43,250 bases of DNA, from UHGV virus genome UHGV-0197604; one strand, written 5' to 3'. Numbering within the stretch: the first letter of the stretch is position 1; every line of letters starts with the position of its first letter. Positions 34,136 to 43,227 of this stretch are shown piece after piece. Source of the stretch: a virus. Position numbers and translations under genes: made by a program. The notes beneath the pieces are model-generated. The model worked only from the letters and a program-made list of their open reading frames with translations. It was not told where the DNA came from and did no database searches.

Positions 34136-35106
34136 TAGAATGGTGCCTTTTCTAACGCTTCAAATTCTTCCCCAAAAAAGTCTGATTGCCCCTCGATTGG
34201 TTCTTCAAGAATTTCTCCTGTATCTTCATCTACATTTTCTGGTACTTCCTTGCTTTGATTTTCTTCTACTAGCTCATATTCAACATTCAGCTCTTGTTTG
34301 TTAGCTTCTTGCTCCATATCAATAGCTAAACTTGTATCTGCTTCAATCATTTCTGCATTTTGCATTTCAACACTTAATACTCCATACTTTGTTAAGAGTC
34401 TTCTAGTCATTGTTTTAAGTGCCATTTCATCAAAGTTACTATCCCATACAAATTTATCAGGCTTGTAATATTTGCCTTGTTTTGCTTTTTCCATAGCACC
34501 ATAACCTTGTGAGTGCTTCTTTGCGTGTTCTATAACTTGTTCTTTTGTCCAGTATAGGACTTTTTCAAAACCGTTTATTAGCTTAAAATAGCTAAAATAA
34601 CCTATTACTTTATCACTTTTCTTTTCACCTTCGATTTTTACACTACCTGTCAAATAGTCTTGGGTTACTTCCATTCCTTCATAGACTATATTAGCGTTTA
34701 TGGTTTGATATTGACCTGTTCTCATAGCAAGTTGGATCAATCCTTTATATCCAATCTGAAACTGAGGGTGGGGTGCTTTTACCCATTGAGTTTTTCCGTT
34801 TTCATCTTCGATTTTGGTATTTTTGTTATAAGGGATAATCCATGCAAAACCTAAGTTTTTGTTTATCGGTAACTTTAAGGTTGCTGCCTTTAAAGCCTCC
34901 ATTACAACTTCTTTTGGGTTACATTCACATAGAGTTCCAGATGGGTCTGAATAAACTTCAATGATAGATGATAGGAAGGCTCCAGCGTTTTTTCCTAAAC
35001 TCTCTTTAAACATTTCTTGTATTCCAGTGTTACTTGTTAAATCTTTCATCCTATTTGCTGGTGTTAATTCTTTTTCTTGTTTTTTAACTTCTAAATTTTT
35101 TGTCAT
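34135..35106 (-). CDS. recT: RecT-family single-strand annealing recombinase (start MTKNLEV at 35106)
   Basis: AATLKLPINKNLGFAWIIPY...QFQIGYKGLIQLAMRTGQY...FDEMALKT. Confidence 0.92.
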   Translation of the reverse strand: MTKNLEVKKQEKELTPANRMKDLTSNTGIQEMFKESLGKNAGAFLSSIIEVYSDPSGTLCECNPKEVVMEALKAATLKLPINKNLGFAWIIPYNKNTKIEDENGKTQWVKAPHPQFQIGYKGLIQLAMRTGQYQTINANIVYEGMEVTQDYLTGSVKIEGEKKSDKVIGYFSYFKLINGFEKVLYWTKEQVIEHAKKHSQGYGAMEKAKQGKYYKPDKFVWDSNFDEMALKTMTRRLLTKYGVLSVEMQNAEMIEADTSLAIDMEQEANKQELNVEYELVEENQSKEVPENVDEDTGEILEEPIEGQSDFFGEEFEALEKAPF

Positions 35107-35116
35107 CTCATTCTCC

Positions 35117-37078
35117 TTATTTTTCAATCCTTAAATTTTTATATTTACTAACAACAAGCCTTATCAATTGGCTATCTACATCAACTAATTCATTTACACT
35201 TTCTGCATTGTCTACAAATATTGGTATTTCCTTTTCAAATTTCTTGGATAAGGCGTTTATAATATCAAGACCTGCATTTATTTTCGCTGCATTATTAAGT
35301 GATCCATAAGGCACACCCTTATAAGTTGCCTCGGCTGTTTCTTGGATTCCTCCGTTTATTTGCTTATCAAAAAGCTTAAATTTTACAAAGGTAAATAATT
35401 TATTTACTTTTTCGCTTACAAGCTCGGTATAAGCTCTTATATATTCATCACACAAATATAAGATTTTTTGTTTTTCTTCAAACTCACAAGACAGTTTCTT
35501 TTCTTCCTGCTCATATTCTTCGATTTTTCTATCTAATTCGGCGTTAAGCCCCTTTAGTGATACTTTGCTATTAATATCATCTAACTTTTCGTCTAAAGCT
35601 CTTTTACGACTTAATAACTCGGTATTGTCATTTTGACCCTTATTTTTAATTTCTTCCTCGATTTTTTCTATCTCTTTTTCTATCTCCTCTTTTCTTTTTT
35701 CTTCGCTTGGCATAAGTATCATAAGTTTTAATTCTTTTTCTTTTTCTATTAGTTCTTCGTTTTTTTCTTTTTCTTCTTCTAGGCTATTTTTCTTTTCGTA
35801 GATTTTTTTAGAATCTATCTCAATTTGCTTTATTTCTTCCTCGTCTTCTTCTATATTTTTTGTATAATTATTAATATTTTCATTAATTTTTTTGCCTATT
35901 TTTCCAAGTTCTTCTAGTTTTTTGCTTTTGTTTAGATTAAATTTTTTCTTTATTTCTTCTTGCTTTTCTTCTGGGAATTCTTGTCCACAAGTTGGGCATA
36001 TAAAGCTATCATCACACTTACTTACAGCAACTTCTTCCCATTCTTTTCTCATTTCTTCAAGCTTAATTTTGGCTTCTTTTATCCTATCTTTTTCATCTTT
36101 TATTTTTTCTTTTATAAACTTTGTTCTTTCTTTTGCATTTTCAAGCTCGTATTTACAAGCATCTAATTTTCCTTTTATTTCAATATTTCTATTAGTAGAT
36201 TCTTGTATTCTTTCTTTTTTACTTTCTTCATATACGCTTATTATTTCTCTAGCTTCTTTTTTTAATTCGCTTATTTTCTCGTACTTTTCATCAAGTATTT
36301 CACTTGCTGACCTTGCCCCTGCAAGCTCTTTGTCTATCTTTTCAAGCTCTGCTTTTATTCTTTCTTTTTCACTTTCAAGCTCTGTAAAATCTTCATCGGT
36401 TTTTGCCTTATTTAGTTCATCAATCCTTGCTGGGATTTCTATTAGCTTTTCATTTATTTTTTTACAAGTGGACTTTGCCATTGCCTTTAATTCGTCAATT
36501 GTGTAATTTTCTAAATCTAGTTCTTTCAAATCCTCATTGATTTTAAAAATATCATCTTGGCTTACATCATCTACCAAAGATAAGAGGATTTTTCTTCTTT
36601 CTTTTTTGTCAATAATTGTATTAAAATACATCGGATTAGATAATAAATTAAATTCATCTTCGCTTACTATCTCACTTATAAAGTCCTCATACTCTTTCTT
36701 TTTCCTTGGCACTTCGTTTATATAAAAGTCAGTTGTATGTCCAGAAAATTCTGAATCATTAGATCCTCTTTTCTTTTTCCAAACCTCTTTGTAAACTCTC
36801 TTTAATACATTTTCTTTTCCATCTATGCTCAAAACACCCTCAACGATTGTTTCTACATTGTGGATATTTTCCCCGTCTTCCTGATAGGGTTTTATTTCAT
36901 AATCTTTTCTATTTTGACTATCCTTTCCCCACAAAAGCCAAGAAAAACCATCAAATATAGTAGTCTTTCCCGTTGCATTGTCCCCACTTATATTCGTTAA
37001 ATCTTTTTCAAAATCAATTTCTTTTTCCTTAAATCCCTTAAAATTTTTAAAGGATAATTTTTTAATTATAATCTCCAT
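35117..37078 (-). CDS. SbcC/Rad50-like ABC ATPase with coiled coil and zinc hook
   Basis: Walker A GDNATGKTT, CPTCGQ hook, PIFVDNAES Walker B. Confidence 0.9.
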   Translation of the reverse strand: MEIIIKKLSFKNFKGFKEKEIDFEKDLTNISGDNATGKTTIFDGFSWLLWGKDSQNRKDYEIKPYQEDGENIHNVETIVEGVLSIDGKENVLKRVYKEVWKKKRGSNDSEFSGHTTDFYINEVPRKKKEYEDFISEIVSEDEFNLLSNPMYFNTIIDKKERRKILLSLVDDVSQDDIFKINEDLKELDLENYTIDELKAMAKSTCKKINEKLIEIPARIDELNKAKTDEDFTELESEKERIKAELEKIDKELAGARSASEILDEKYEKISELKKEAREIISVYEESKKERIQESTNRNIEIKGKLDACKYELENAKERTKFIKEKIKDEKDRIKEAKIKLEEMRKEWEEVAVSKCDDSFICPTCGQEFPEEKQEEIKKKFNLNKSKKLEELGKIGKKINENINNYTKNIEEDEEEIKQIEIDSKKIYEKKNSLEEEKEKNEELIEKEKELKLMILMPSEEKRKEEIEKEIEKIEEEIKNKGQNDNTELLSRKRALDEKLDDINSKVSLKGLNAELDRKIEEYEQEEKKLSCEFEEKQKILYLCDEYIRAYTELVSEKVNKLFTFVKFKLFDKQINGGIQETAEATYKGVPYGSLNNAAKINAGLDIINALSKKFEKEIPIFVDNAESVNELVDVDSQLIRLVVSKYKNLRIEK

Positions 37079-37080
37079 TT

Positions 37081-37263
37081 TTACACCTCATAAAAATCTC
37101 CAAGCATTGCAATTTGCTGCCTATCTCGTCTTTCTAATTCTTTATCTAATGCTTTTAATAATTTACAATTATCAAGGTTTGCCCCTTGTTTTTCTAAATG
37201 TATAATTCTATTTTCTATATATTCAGTCTTCCAATCTTTTATAACTTTTTTTATGTCTTCCAT
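37081..37263 (-). CDS. Hypothetical protein
   Basis: RBS GGAG; 60 aa. Confidence 0.6.
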   Translation of the reverse strand: MEDIKKVIKDWKTEYIENRIIHLEKQGANLDNCKLLKALDKELERRDRQQIAMLGDFYEV

Positions 37264-37280
37264 TTTTACTCCAAATCGTG

Positions 37281-37334
37281 TATAATATTTTTATAATTAG
37301 TTTTAAATTTGCCGATTGCCGTCGGCTTATTTTT
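37281..37334 (+). ncRNA. Candidate short antisense transcript (TATAAT at 37281-37286, + strand terminator at 37311-37334)
   Basis: GTG-TATAAT followed by GCCGA-TTGCCG-TCGGC-TTATTTTT, opposite to the early operon. Confidence 0.4.
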
Positions 37335-37575
37335 ATGCAAAAAATGCCATCAAAGAACTAATAAACATCATCACAACACCAGCATTTTTAATAGTTTCAT
37401 TAGGCCCACCAATTGCCAAAAGCATTAACATAGCCACTATGGAAACTCCTAAAATCTTATCCCTCATTCTTTCCTTTTCAGGTTTAGCAGTAAACCTTAC
37501 ACAAGCATCATCAAGCTTTCTTCCATCTAACATTTCAAAAACTTCACTTCTTTTTTTAATTCTTCTTTTGCTCAT
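37333..37575 (-). CDS. Hypothetical membrane protein (2 C-terminal TM)
   Basis: RBS AGGAGG; hydrophobic C-terminus. Confidence 0.7.
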   Translation of the reverse strand: MSKRRIKKRSEVFEMLDGRKLDDACVRFTAKPEKERMRDKILGVSIVAMLMLLAIGGPNETIKNAGVVMMFISSLMAFFA

Positions 37576-37584
37576 AATTTCCTC

Positions 37585-37770
37585 CTACAAATTATTTAAA
37601 AATTCCCTAATATCACAAGCCCTGTATAGCTTGGATTTTTCTGTCAATTTGACAACCTTTAACCCTCTCTTTTCCCAATCTCCAAAAGTCTTTGGATCTT
37701 TGAATTGAAAATATTCTTTCATATCAGAAAGTGTCATATATTCTTTTAAGACAGTAAGTTTTTCCTCCAT
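37585..37770 (-). CDS. Excisionase-like MerR-type HTH protein
   Basis: EYMTLSDMKEYF...TFGDWEKRGL...LYRACDIREFL winged-helix pattern. Confidence 0.7.
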   Translation of the reverse strand: MEEKLTVLKEYMTLSDMKEYFQFKDPKTFGDWEKRGLKVVKLTEKSKLYRACDIREFLNNL

Positions 37771-37779
37771 TTCTACCTC

Positions 37780-38562
37780 CTATCCTAAAAATTTATTTAC
37801 AAAATAAATCTGTCCTTTACCTGTTATCTTGGTTGTGCTAGTAACAATGTTGTTTCCTTGCCCATCAAGTCTAGTTCCTTTTTTTATCTCAAATAAGCCT
37901 TGTTCTACATACGATTGCTTAGGTTGGTTTCTTCTTTCTCCACCCTTGCATAAATAACCTTTGTTTCTCATCCAAGCGAAAAGTTTATTTTGTCCTATCT
38001 TTTTATCTGATTTCCCTTGTCTTATAGCCTCTTGACTTATCATCTTGGCAAGTTCTCCCATTAGACAAGACCTCTTTGAAGCTGATACAGTATCAGCAAA
38101 TAATACCTTTGGTTTGTTTTTCTCATTTTGTGCTTCTGCTAAAGCTCTTCTAGCTCTCTCTTCTTTTAAGCTATTAAGTAGTGCTATGCCAAAATCGGGG
38201 TCAGCTATGCTACGTTCCAATACATTGTCAGTCATATATGCACCATGTTTTCTTATGGTTGGTAAAACTTCACTTGTTACCCATCTTTTAAATTCTCTTG
38301 CCTTATCCATTTTTGATGAAAAGATTAAAGAGTATAGACCTGATTCGTTAATAAGAATAGTTTCTTTTAATTGGTTTCCGTCATGTATCATTTCTTTTTT
38401 TCTATCAAGTTCATCTACATGCCTATTTATATCTCGGCTACCGTTTCGGTACTCGAGAATTTCTGCTATATCTCTACCAACAAACCAAGGTTCATTATTT
38501 TCATCTACAACAGTTCTTATCTTTCCAAATTCATTGTTTTCAAAAATTTTTAAATTATTCAT
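37780..38562 (-). CDS. Antirepressor (BRO-N plus ANT/KilAC)
   Basis: FENNEFGKIRT...PWFVGRD...INESGLYSLI...FKRWVTSEVLPTIRKHGAY; KPKVLFAD...TGKGQIYF. Confidence 0.95.
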   Translation of the reverse strand: MNNLKIFENNEFGKIRTVVDENNEPWFVGRDIAEILEYRNGSRDINRHVDELDRKKEMIHDGNQLKETILINESGLYSLIFSSKMDKAREFKRWVTSEVLPTIRKHGAYMTDNVLERSIADPDFGIALLNSLKEERARRALAEAQNEKNKPKVLFADTVSASKRSCLMGELAKMISQEAIRQGKSDKKIGQNKLFAWMRNKGYLCKGGERRNQPKQSYVEQGLFEIKKGTRLDGQGNNIVTSTTKITGKGQIYFVNKFLG

Positions 38563-38579
38563 TTGATCTCCTTTCCAAT

Positions 38580-38828
38580 TTAAAATAGTTTTTTAGGTCT
38601 GTGTTTTTCACTTTTACTATTATTAATAGTATTTGATGGTAAAAAAATATCATCGATACCTACACCAAAATATTCTGCTATTTTTCGTGCCGTAGTTAAG
38701 CTCATTGCTGAATGATTTTCAGCCTTACTAATTGTTTGTTGAGTCAATCCAACTGCTTTTGCTAAATCTTTTTGGCTAATATCTTTCATAGCCCTATAAA
38801 CCTTAATATTGTTGTATATATCAATCAC
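38580..38828 (-). CDS. Cro-like XRE HTH repressor (start codon uncertain)
   Basis: IKVYRAMKDISQKDLAKAVGLTQQTISKAE...KIAEYFGV..DDIF; divergent from CI. Confidence 0.88.
   Translation of the reverse strand: MIDIYNNIKVYRAMKDISQKDLAKAVGLTQQTISKAENHSAMSLTTARKIAEYFGVGIDDIFLPSNTINNSKSEKHRPKKLF
38615..38631. promoter_or_regulatory. Distal repressor operator at the 3' end of cro
   Basis: Perfect palindrome TACTATTA-T-TAATAGTA matching the switch operators. Confidence 0.65.
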
Positions 38829-38847
38829 CTCTTTCTTATTTATCTAT

Positions 38848-38953
38848 ATAATACTATTTATAATTGTATTTGTCAAGTGTTTTTTTATATTTTAAATAGT
38901 TTTATGGGTATAATACTACTAATAATAGTAGTAAAATACTATTTTATATTGTA
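38848..38953. promoter_or_regulatory. Genetic switch: leftward promoter TTGACA-N17-TATTAT (38876-38848), rightward -10 TATAAT (38909-38914), three 17-bp operators TACTA-N7-TWGTA
   Basis: Operators at 38852-38868, 38914-38930 and 38937-38953. Confidence 0.78.
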
Positions 38954-38977
38954 AAATAAGAATTACAAGGAGGTTAT

Positions 38978-39592
38978 ATGTCAAAACTAAATGATAATTT
39001 AAAACATTATAGAAAACTTAATAAGTACACACAAGAATCTATAGCTAGTAAATTAAACATAACTACTTCAGCTTACGGATTCTATGAGCAAGGGAGAAAT
39101 GCACCTCCTTATTCAAAGCTTAAAGAATTAGCACAAATATATGATATTTCTATATCCGAGCTAACTGGAGAGTCATCTAATGATTTAAAGAAAGAAGAAA
39201 ACTATGCAACAATAAACGTCTATGGATCAATCCCCGCTGGCATACCCATAGAAGCAATAGAAGATATATCCGATACAGAAGATATATCCTTTAAAGATTT
39301 TGACAAAAATAAAACTTATATAGGCTTAAAAGTAGAGGGAGATTCTATGTATCCAAAATATTTAGAAGGAGATACAATCATACTGGAATTGACCCCAGAC
39401 TGCGAAAGTGGTACAGACGCCGCAGTTTATGTAAACGGATACGAAGCGACCCTTAAAACAGTAATAAAAAATGAAAATGGCACTATAACTTTAATGCCAA
39501 TAAATACATCTTATTCCCCTAAAACATACGGAAAAGATGATGAACCTATTAAAATATTAGGAATTGTAAAAGAAATTAGGAGAAAAATCTAG
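38978..39592 (+). CDS. CI-like repressor (XRE HTH plus S24 autopeptidase)
   Basis: HTH N-domain; IPAG cleavage site, GDSM catalytic Ser, ATLK catalytic Lys. Confidence 0.95.
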   Translation: MSKLNDNLKHYRKLNKYTQESIASKLNITTSAYGFYEQGRNAPPYSKLKELAQIYDISISELTGESSNDLKKEENYATINVYGSIPAGIPIEAIEDISDTEDISFKDFDKNKTYIGLKVEGDSMYPKYLEGDTIILELTPDCESGTDAAVYVNGYEATLKTVIKNENGTITLMPINTSYSPKTYGKDDEPIKILGIVKEIRRKI

Positions 39593-39606
39593 GAAGGAAT
39601 AAAAAA

Positions 39607-40995
39607 ATGGAATTTCTTATTTTAATTGTATGCATTTATTTAATAAGCGTAATAAGAAACAATAAAAAACTTAGAGATAATGGTATAAAAAATTTTAAAG
39701 ATTTAGAAAATAGAAAATCTAAATTAGAATGGGATATAAAAGACTTAAATAATTTATATGAAAATAACAAAAGAGAATATAACAATTTTAAAGAAGAAAC
39801 AAAAAAAGTTGTTATAATGGAAAAATCTGAGGAAATAGAAAAAGAAATAAATGAGCTGAATAATAAAAAAGATACATTAACAAAAGATGTTAAAGATTTA
39901 GAAACTCATTTCAAAAAAATAAATGCCCAAGATTTAGGTTTAGCTCCTACTAGCTTTGAGTTTGAAAAATCAGAAACTTATAAAGAGAAACTTAAGAATA
40001 TTAGATTGCAAGAAGCTGATTTATTAAGGAAAGTTAAAAATAAAAAAGGCGAAAATATTTCTATATATAAAGATGATTTAATTAGGCTATTATATAATTC
40101 TTTTAATACTTTTTGTGATTATAACTTAACAAGATTGACATTTAAAACCTATCCTACTAGAAAAAAACAAATAGAAACAATGTTTAATAAATTAAATAGG
40201 ATAAGCAACCAACAAATTCAAATTGATGAGAAAGCTTTGGATTATAAATTCCAAGAACTAGATGCATCTTATGCTTATTATAAATTAAAAGAAGAAGAAA
40301 AAGAAGCATTAAGACAACAAAGAGAAGAAGAAGCTGAAAACAAACGTGCACAAAAAGAATTAGAAGCAAAACAAGCCAAACTTGATAAAGAAATTGAAGC
40401 ACTTAACATTGCTAAAGATAAGGTAAATGAAAAATTAATATCTGCCAAAGATGATGAAATAGAAGCTTTGAAATTAGAATTACAAAAACTAGAAAATGAA
40501 ATTTCTGGTCTAAAAGATGAAAAGACAGATATAGACTACAGAGTAGAAAACACAGGTGCTGGATATGTTTATATTATTTCTAATGTTGGATCATTTGGAA
40601 ATGAAGTGTATAAAATAGGAGTAACAAGAAGATTAGATCCATATCAAAGAATCCAAGAACTATCTTCTGCTTCTGTACCATTCAAATTCGATGTCCATGC
40701 AATGATATTCTCCTACCAAGCTTATCAATTAGAGAACGAATTGCACAAATACTTTGACAAACAAAGAATAAATAAAGTAAACAACAGGAAAGAATTCTTT
40801 AATATAAAATTAGATGATATAAAGAAAGTTCTTGATTTGCACAAAGAATTGACATTTGACTTTAATCCAGAATTTGAAGCCGAAGAATTTAGAGAAACTC
40901 TTGAACTAAAAGGAGAAGATCCTGATACATTAGGTTTTTATAAAATAATGAAAAGAATCCCTATACTTAAAAATACAGGATTAAAAATCGACTAA
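39607..40995 (+). CDS. Membrane-anchored coiled-coil protein with DUF4041-like region and T5orf172/GIY-YIG domain
   Basis: AGYVYIISNVGSFGNEVYKIGVTRRLDP..RIQELSSASVPFKFDVHAMIFS...LE.ELH..F...RINKVN.RKEFF. Confidence 0.88.
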   Translation: MEFLILIVCIYLISVIRNNKKLRDNGIKNFKDLENRKSKLEWDIKDLNNLYENNKREYNNFKEETKKVVIMEKSEEIEKEINELNNKKDTLTKDVKDLETHFKKINAQDLGLAPTSFEFEKSETYKEKLKNIRLQEADLLRKVKNKKGENISIYKDDLIRLLYNSFNTFCDYNLTRLTFKTYPTRKKQIETMFNKLNRISNQQIQIDEKALDYKFQELDASYAYYKLKEEEKEALRQQREEEAENKRAQKELEAKQAKLDKEIEALNIAKDKVNEKLISAKDDEIEALKLELQKLENEISGLKDEKTDIDYRVENTGAGYVYIISNVGSFGNEVYKIGVTRRLDPYQRIQELSSASVPFKFDVHAMIFSYQAYQLENELHKYFDKQRINKVNNRKEFFNIKLDDIKKVLDLHKELTFDFNPEFEAEEFRETLELKGEDPDTLGFYKIMKRIPILKNTGLKID

Positions 40996-41047
40996 TAATT
41001 TATAGAATTATAAGTATTTGAAATTATAAAAGATTAAAGGAGAAATC

Positions 41048-41722
41048 ATGAAACTAAATAAAATATTAATAGCTGCATTATCAGTAAGTTTGTTAGTAGG
41101 TTGCCAAGATAAAAATACAGATACTAAAACAGAGACCCCATCATCTGTACAAGAAACATCTAATGTAGAAAAAAATACTACCTCTTCGAATGATGGTAAA
41201 AAAGAACAAAAACAAGTCGAAGAAAAAACAATAATGGATAATCCAAGTAATAAAGCAAAGATACTTCCACAATCTGAGGAAGAAAAATCAAAGTTACCTA
41301 TCCAAGTTATCCAACAACAACCAGGCGAAAATCAAAAAGAACATTATGTTTTACTTCAAAATAGTGCAATTCAATATCAACAAACTGGCGATGCTTTCTT
41401 AGTTGATTCAGAAATACATAAAGGTTCTAAAGTATTAGTAATACCTTTTAAATTTAAAAACATTACTTCTGATGTACCTTTAAAACCATCTGAGCCAATG
41501 ATGGTTTTAACTAAGGCTATACAAAAAGGCGATAAAGTTAATTATGATATTTATGTATCTACATATGCAAATAGAGATTATAAAAATGATTCTTCAGTTT
41601 CAGTAAATGCAGGTGGTGAAGTAGATTATTATTTAATGTATGAATTAAAGGATCCAACACTAGGTCTACAAATAATAGATAAGAAATCAGGAACTGTTGT
41701 TGCAGAATTTAAGCCGGAATAA
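41048..41722 (+). CDS. Lipoprotein (DUF5067-like Ig fold), candidate superinfection exclusion
   Basis: Lipobox LLVGC, low-complexity linker, beta-rich C-domain; in the lysogeny operon before int. Confidence 0.7.
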   Translation: MKLNKILIAALSVSLLVGCQDKNTDTKTETPSSVQETSNVEKNTTSSNDGKKEQKQVEEKTIMDNPSNKAKILPQSEEEKSKLPIQVIQQQPGENQKEHYVLLQNSAIQYQQTGDAFLVDSEIHKGSKVLVIPFKFKNITSDVPLKPSEPMMVLTKAIQKGDKVNYDIYVSTYANRDYKNDSSVSVNAGGEVDYYLMYELKDPTLGLQIIDKKSGTVVAEFKPE

Positions 41723-41728
41723 ATTATT

Positions 41729-41753
41729 AAGCCCTTTAACAAGGGCTTTATTT
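41729..41753 (+). terminator. Terminator/attenuator before the integrase
   Basis: AAGCCCTT-TAAC-AAGGGCTT-TATTT. Confidence 0.65.
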
Positions 41754-41774
41754 GTACCAAGAAATGAGGAGAAA

Positions 41775-42836
41775 ATGAAAATAACAAAATACCAAAAACA
41801 AAATAAAAATTTTTACAAATTTCAGGTGCGATTGGGTGAAAAAGTAACCACTAGAGCAGGATTTAAAACAAGAAATGAAGCAATTTTTGCATACACAAAA
41901 ATACTAGAAGAATACGAAAAAGAACAAGAAGGCAATATTTCTTACGAAAAAATCTACCAGCAATGGCTAGAAATCTACAAAACAAAAGTAAAAGAAACAA
42001 CCTACGAAGCCTGCACAAGTATTTATGAAATACATATCCTGCCAGTATTCGGACAAACAAAAATAAAAGAAATCACAGTCCAAGATTGCCAAAAATTCGC
42101 CCTTTCCCTAAAAGACTACGTAAAAGGAAAAGAATACTTTGGATATGCAAAAAGAATAATAGACTTTGCAATAAAAATGAACTACACAAAAGAAAATCCC
42201 TTTAACAACGTAATTTTGCCAGAATTTAAAAAAGGCAAAAAGCAAATAAACTTTTTAACCATAGAAGAAGTATACACACTCTTAGATTTTTATAAAAACA
42301 ACCAATATTGGTACACCCTATTTAGATTAATGATCTATACAGGACTAAGAAGAGGAGAAGCTTTAGCCCTAACTTGGGAAGATATAGATTTCAAAAACAA
42401 AACCCTAAGAATAAATAAAACCCTAAGCATAGGTGAATATAAAAAAATAGTCCTATCAACCCCAAAAACAGAAAGCTCTATAAGAACCATAGACCTAGAC
42501 GATAAAACAATCATAGAACTTCAAAAGCTAAAAATTCAATCAAAATATAATCTTATATTTCCAAATAAAAAAGGAGAATATTCCAGATTATCAAACATAG
42601 CCGATAAATTAAACCAAGCAACAAAAGAAACAAGCATAAAAAAAATAAGAGTGCACGATCTAAGACACACCCACGCAAGCCTATTATTTGCAAGTGGAGC
42701 AAATATAAAATACGTCCAAGAAAGATTAGGACATAGCGATATAAAAACAACCTTAAACATATATACACACATCACAAAAGATACAAAAGAAAAAGATTTA
42801 AACAATTTTGTAAAATACATGGAAAATCAAGCATAA
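41775..42836 (+). CDS. int: Tyrosine integrase (start MKITKY at 41775)
   Basis: N-terminal arm-binding domain (RAGFKTRNEA); TGLRRGE, HDLRHTH, LGH and catalytic Y in IYTH; RBS GAGGAG. Confidence 0.96.
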   Translation: MKITKYQKQNKNFYKFQVRLGEKVTTRAGFKTRNEAIFAYTKILEEYEKEQEGNISYEKIYQQWLEIYKTKVKETTYEACTSIYEIHILPVFGQTKIKEITVQDCQKFALSLKDYVKGKEYFGYAKRIIDFAIKMNYTKENPFNNVILPEFKKGKKQINFLTIEEVYTLLDFYKNNQYWYTLFRLMIYTGLRRGEALALTWEDIDFKNKTLRINKTLSIGEYKKIVLSTPKTESSIRTIDLDDKTIIELQKLKIQSKYNLIFPNKKGEYSRLSNIADKLNQATKETSIKKIRVHDLRHTHASLLFASGANIKYVQERLGHSDIKTTLNIYTHITKDTKEKDLNNFVKYMENQA

Positions 42837-42884
42837 AAAAAGGGAAAGTTTCAACGACTGCCCCTTTTATATATAAAACATAAG

Positions 42885-42904
42885 TAACTACAAAAAAACT
42901 ACAA
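42885..42904. repeat. Integrase arm-type repeat TAACTACAAAAAAACTACAA, copy 1
   Basis: Exact 20-bp match to 43075-43094; each copy holds tandem AACTACAA. Confidence 0.75.
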
Positions 42905-42956
42905 ACACGTCTTTTTCTATCCTTTTATATCCCATTTTATCCAAATAATTTAATAA

Positions 42957-43000
42957 ATATAAAAGGATATTCGCTTATTTCTGCGAATATCCTTTTATAT
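42957..43000. terminator. 18-bp perfect hairpin, bidirectional terminator next to the att core
   Basis: ATATAAAAGGATATTCGC-TTATTTCT-GCGAATATCCTTTTATAT. Confidence 0.8.
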
Positions 43001-43018
43001 CTTTGTATAATTTTTCTA

Positions 43019-43034
43019 TGGTGCAGGATAGAAG
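43019..43034 (-). other. attP core candidate: tRNA 3'-end fragment CTTCT-ATCCTGC-A-CCA
   Basis: Parses as T-stem 3' strand (5) + acceptor 3' strand (7) + discriminator A + CCA; rest of the tRNA absent; lies between the arm repeats. Confidence 0.65.
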
Positions 43035-43074
43035 TATAAAACTAGTGTGTATTTTACTATATTTTGTGATTGAA

Positions 43075-43094
43075 TAACTACAAAAAAACTACAA
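43075..43094. repeat. Integrase arm-type repeat TAACTACAAAAAAACTACAA, copy 2
   Basis: Exact match to 42885-42904. Confidence 0.75.
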
Positions 43095-43115
43095 CTGTAT
43101 TCTAAAATTATAATT

Positions 43116-43138
43116 TTAAAAATAAGCATAAAAAAAGA
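43116..43138. repeat. 23-bp direct repeat, copy B (copy A at 1416-1438)
   Basis: Exact match by eye. Confidence 0.85.
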
Positions 43139-43227
43139 TGGTCTATAAATTTATGTAATATTTTTATAATTTAGATTTTAGGTTTATTTAATTTTTCATA
43201 TAAATTGGTTTATTTATAATATTTACA

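Noticed and set aside
41697..41774. N-terminal extension of the integrase ORF in the track
   Set aside because: Overlaps the lipoprotein end and a terminator; the RBS supports the ATG at 41775. Similar over-extensions were trimmed for ssb, recT, the MazG-like gene, 17007-17483 and 19826-20035.
43018..43077. Short ORF MVQDRSIKLVCILLYFVIE at the att core
   Set aside because: No RBS; overlaps the att core and arm repeat, so probably incidental.
1416..43138. 23-bp direct repeats as attL/attR of an integrated prophage
   Set aside because: Disfavoured, not excluded. Arm repeats on both sides of a tRNA-like core and the promoter rebuilt across the junction fit an intact attP on a circle; the repeat overlaps a terminator A-tract.
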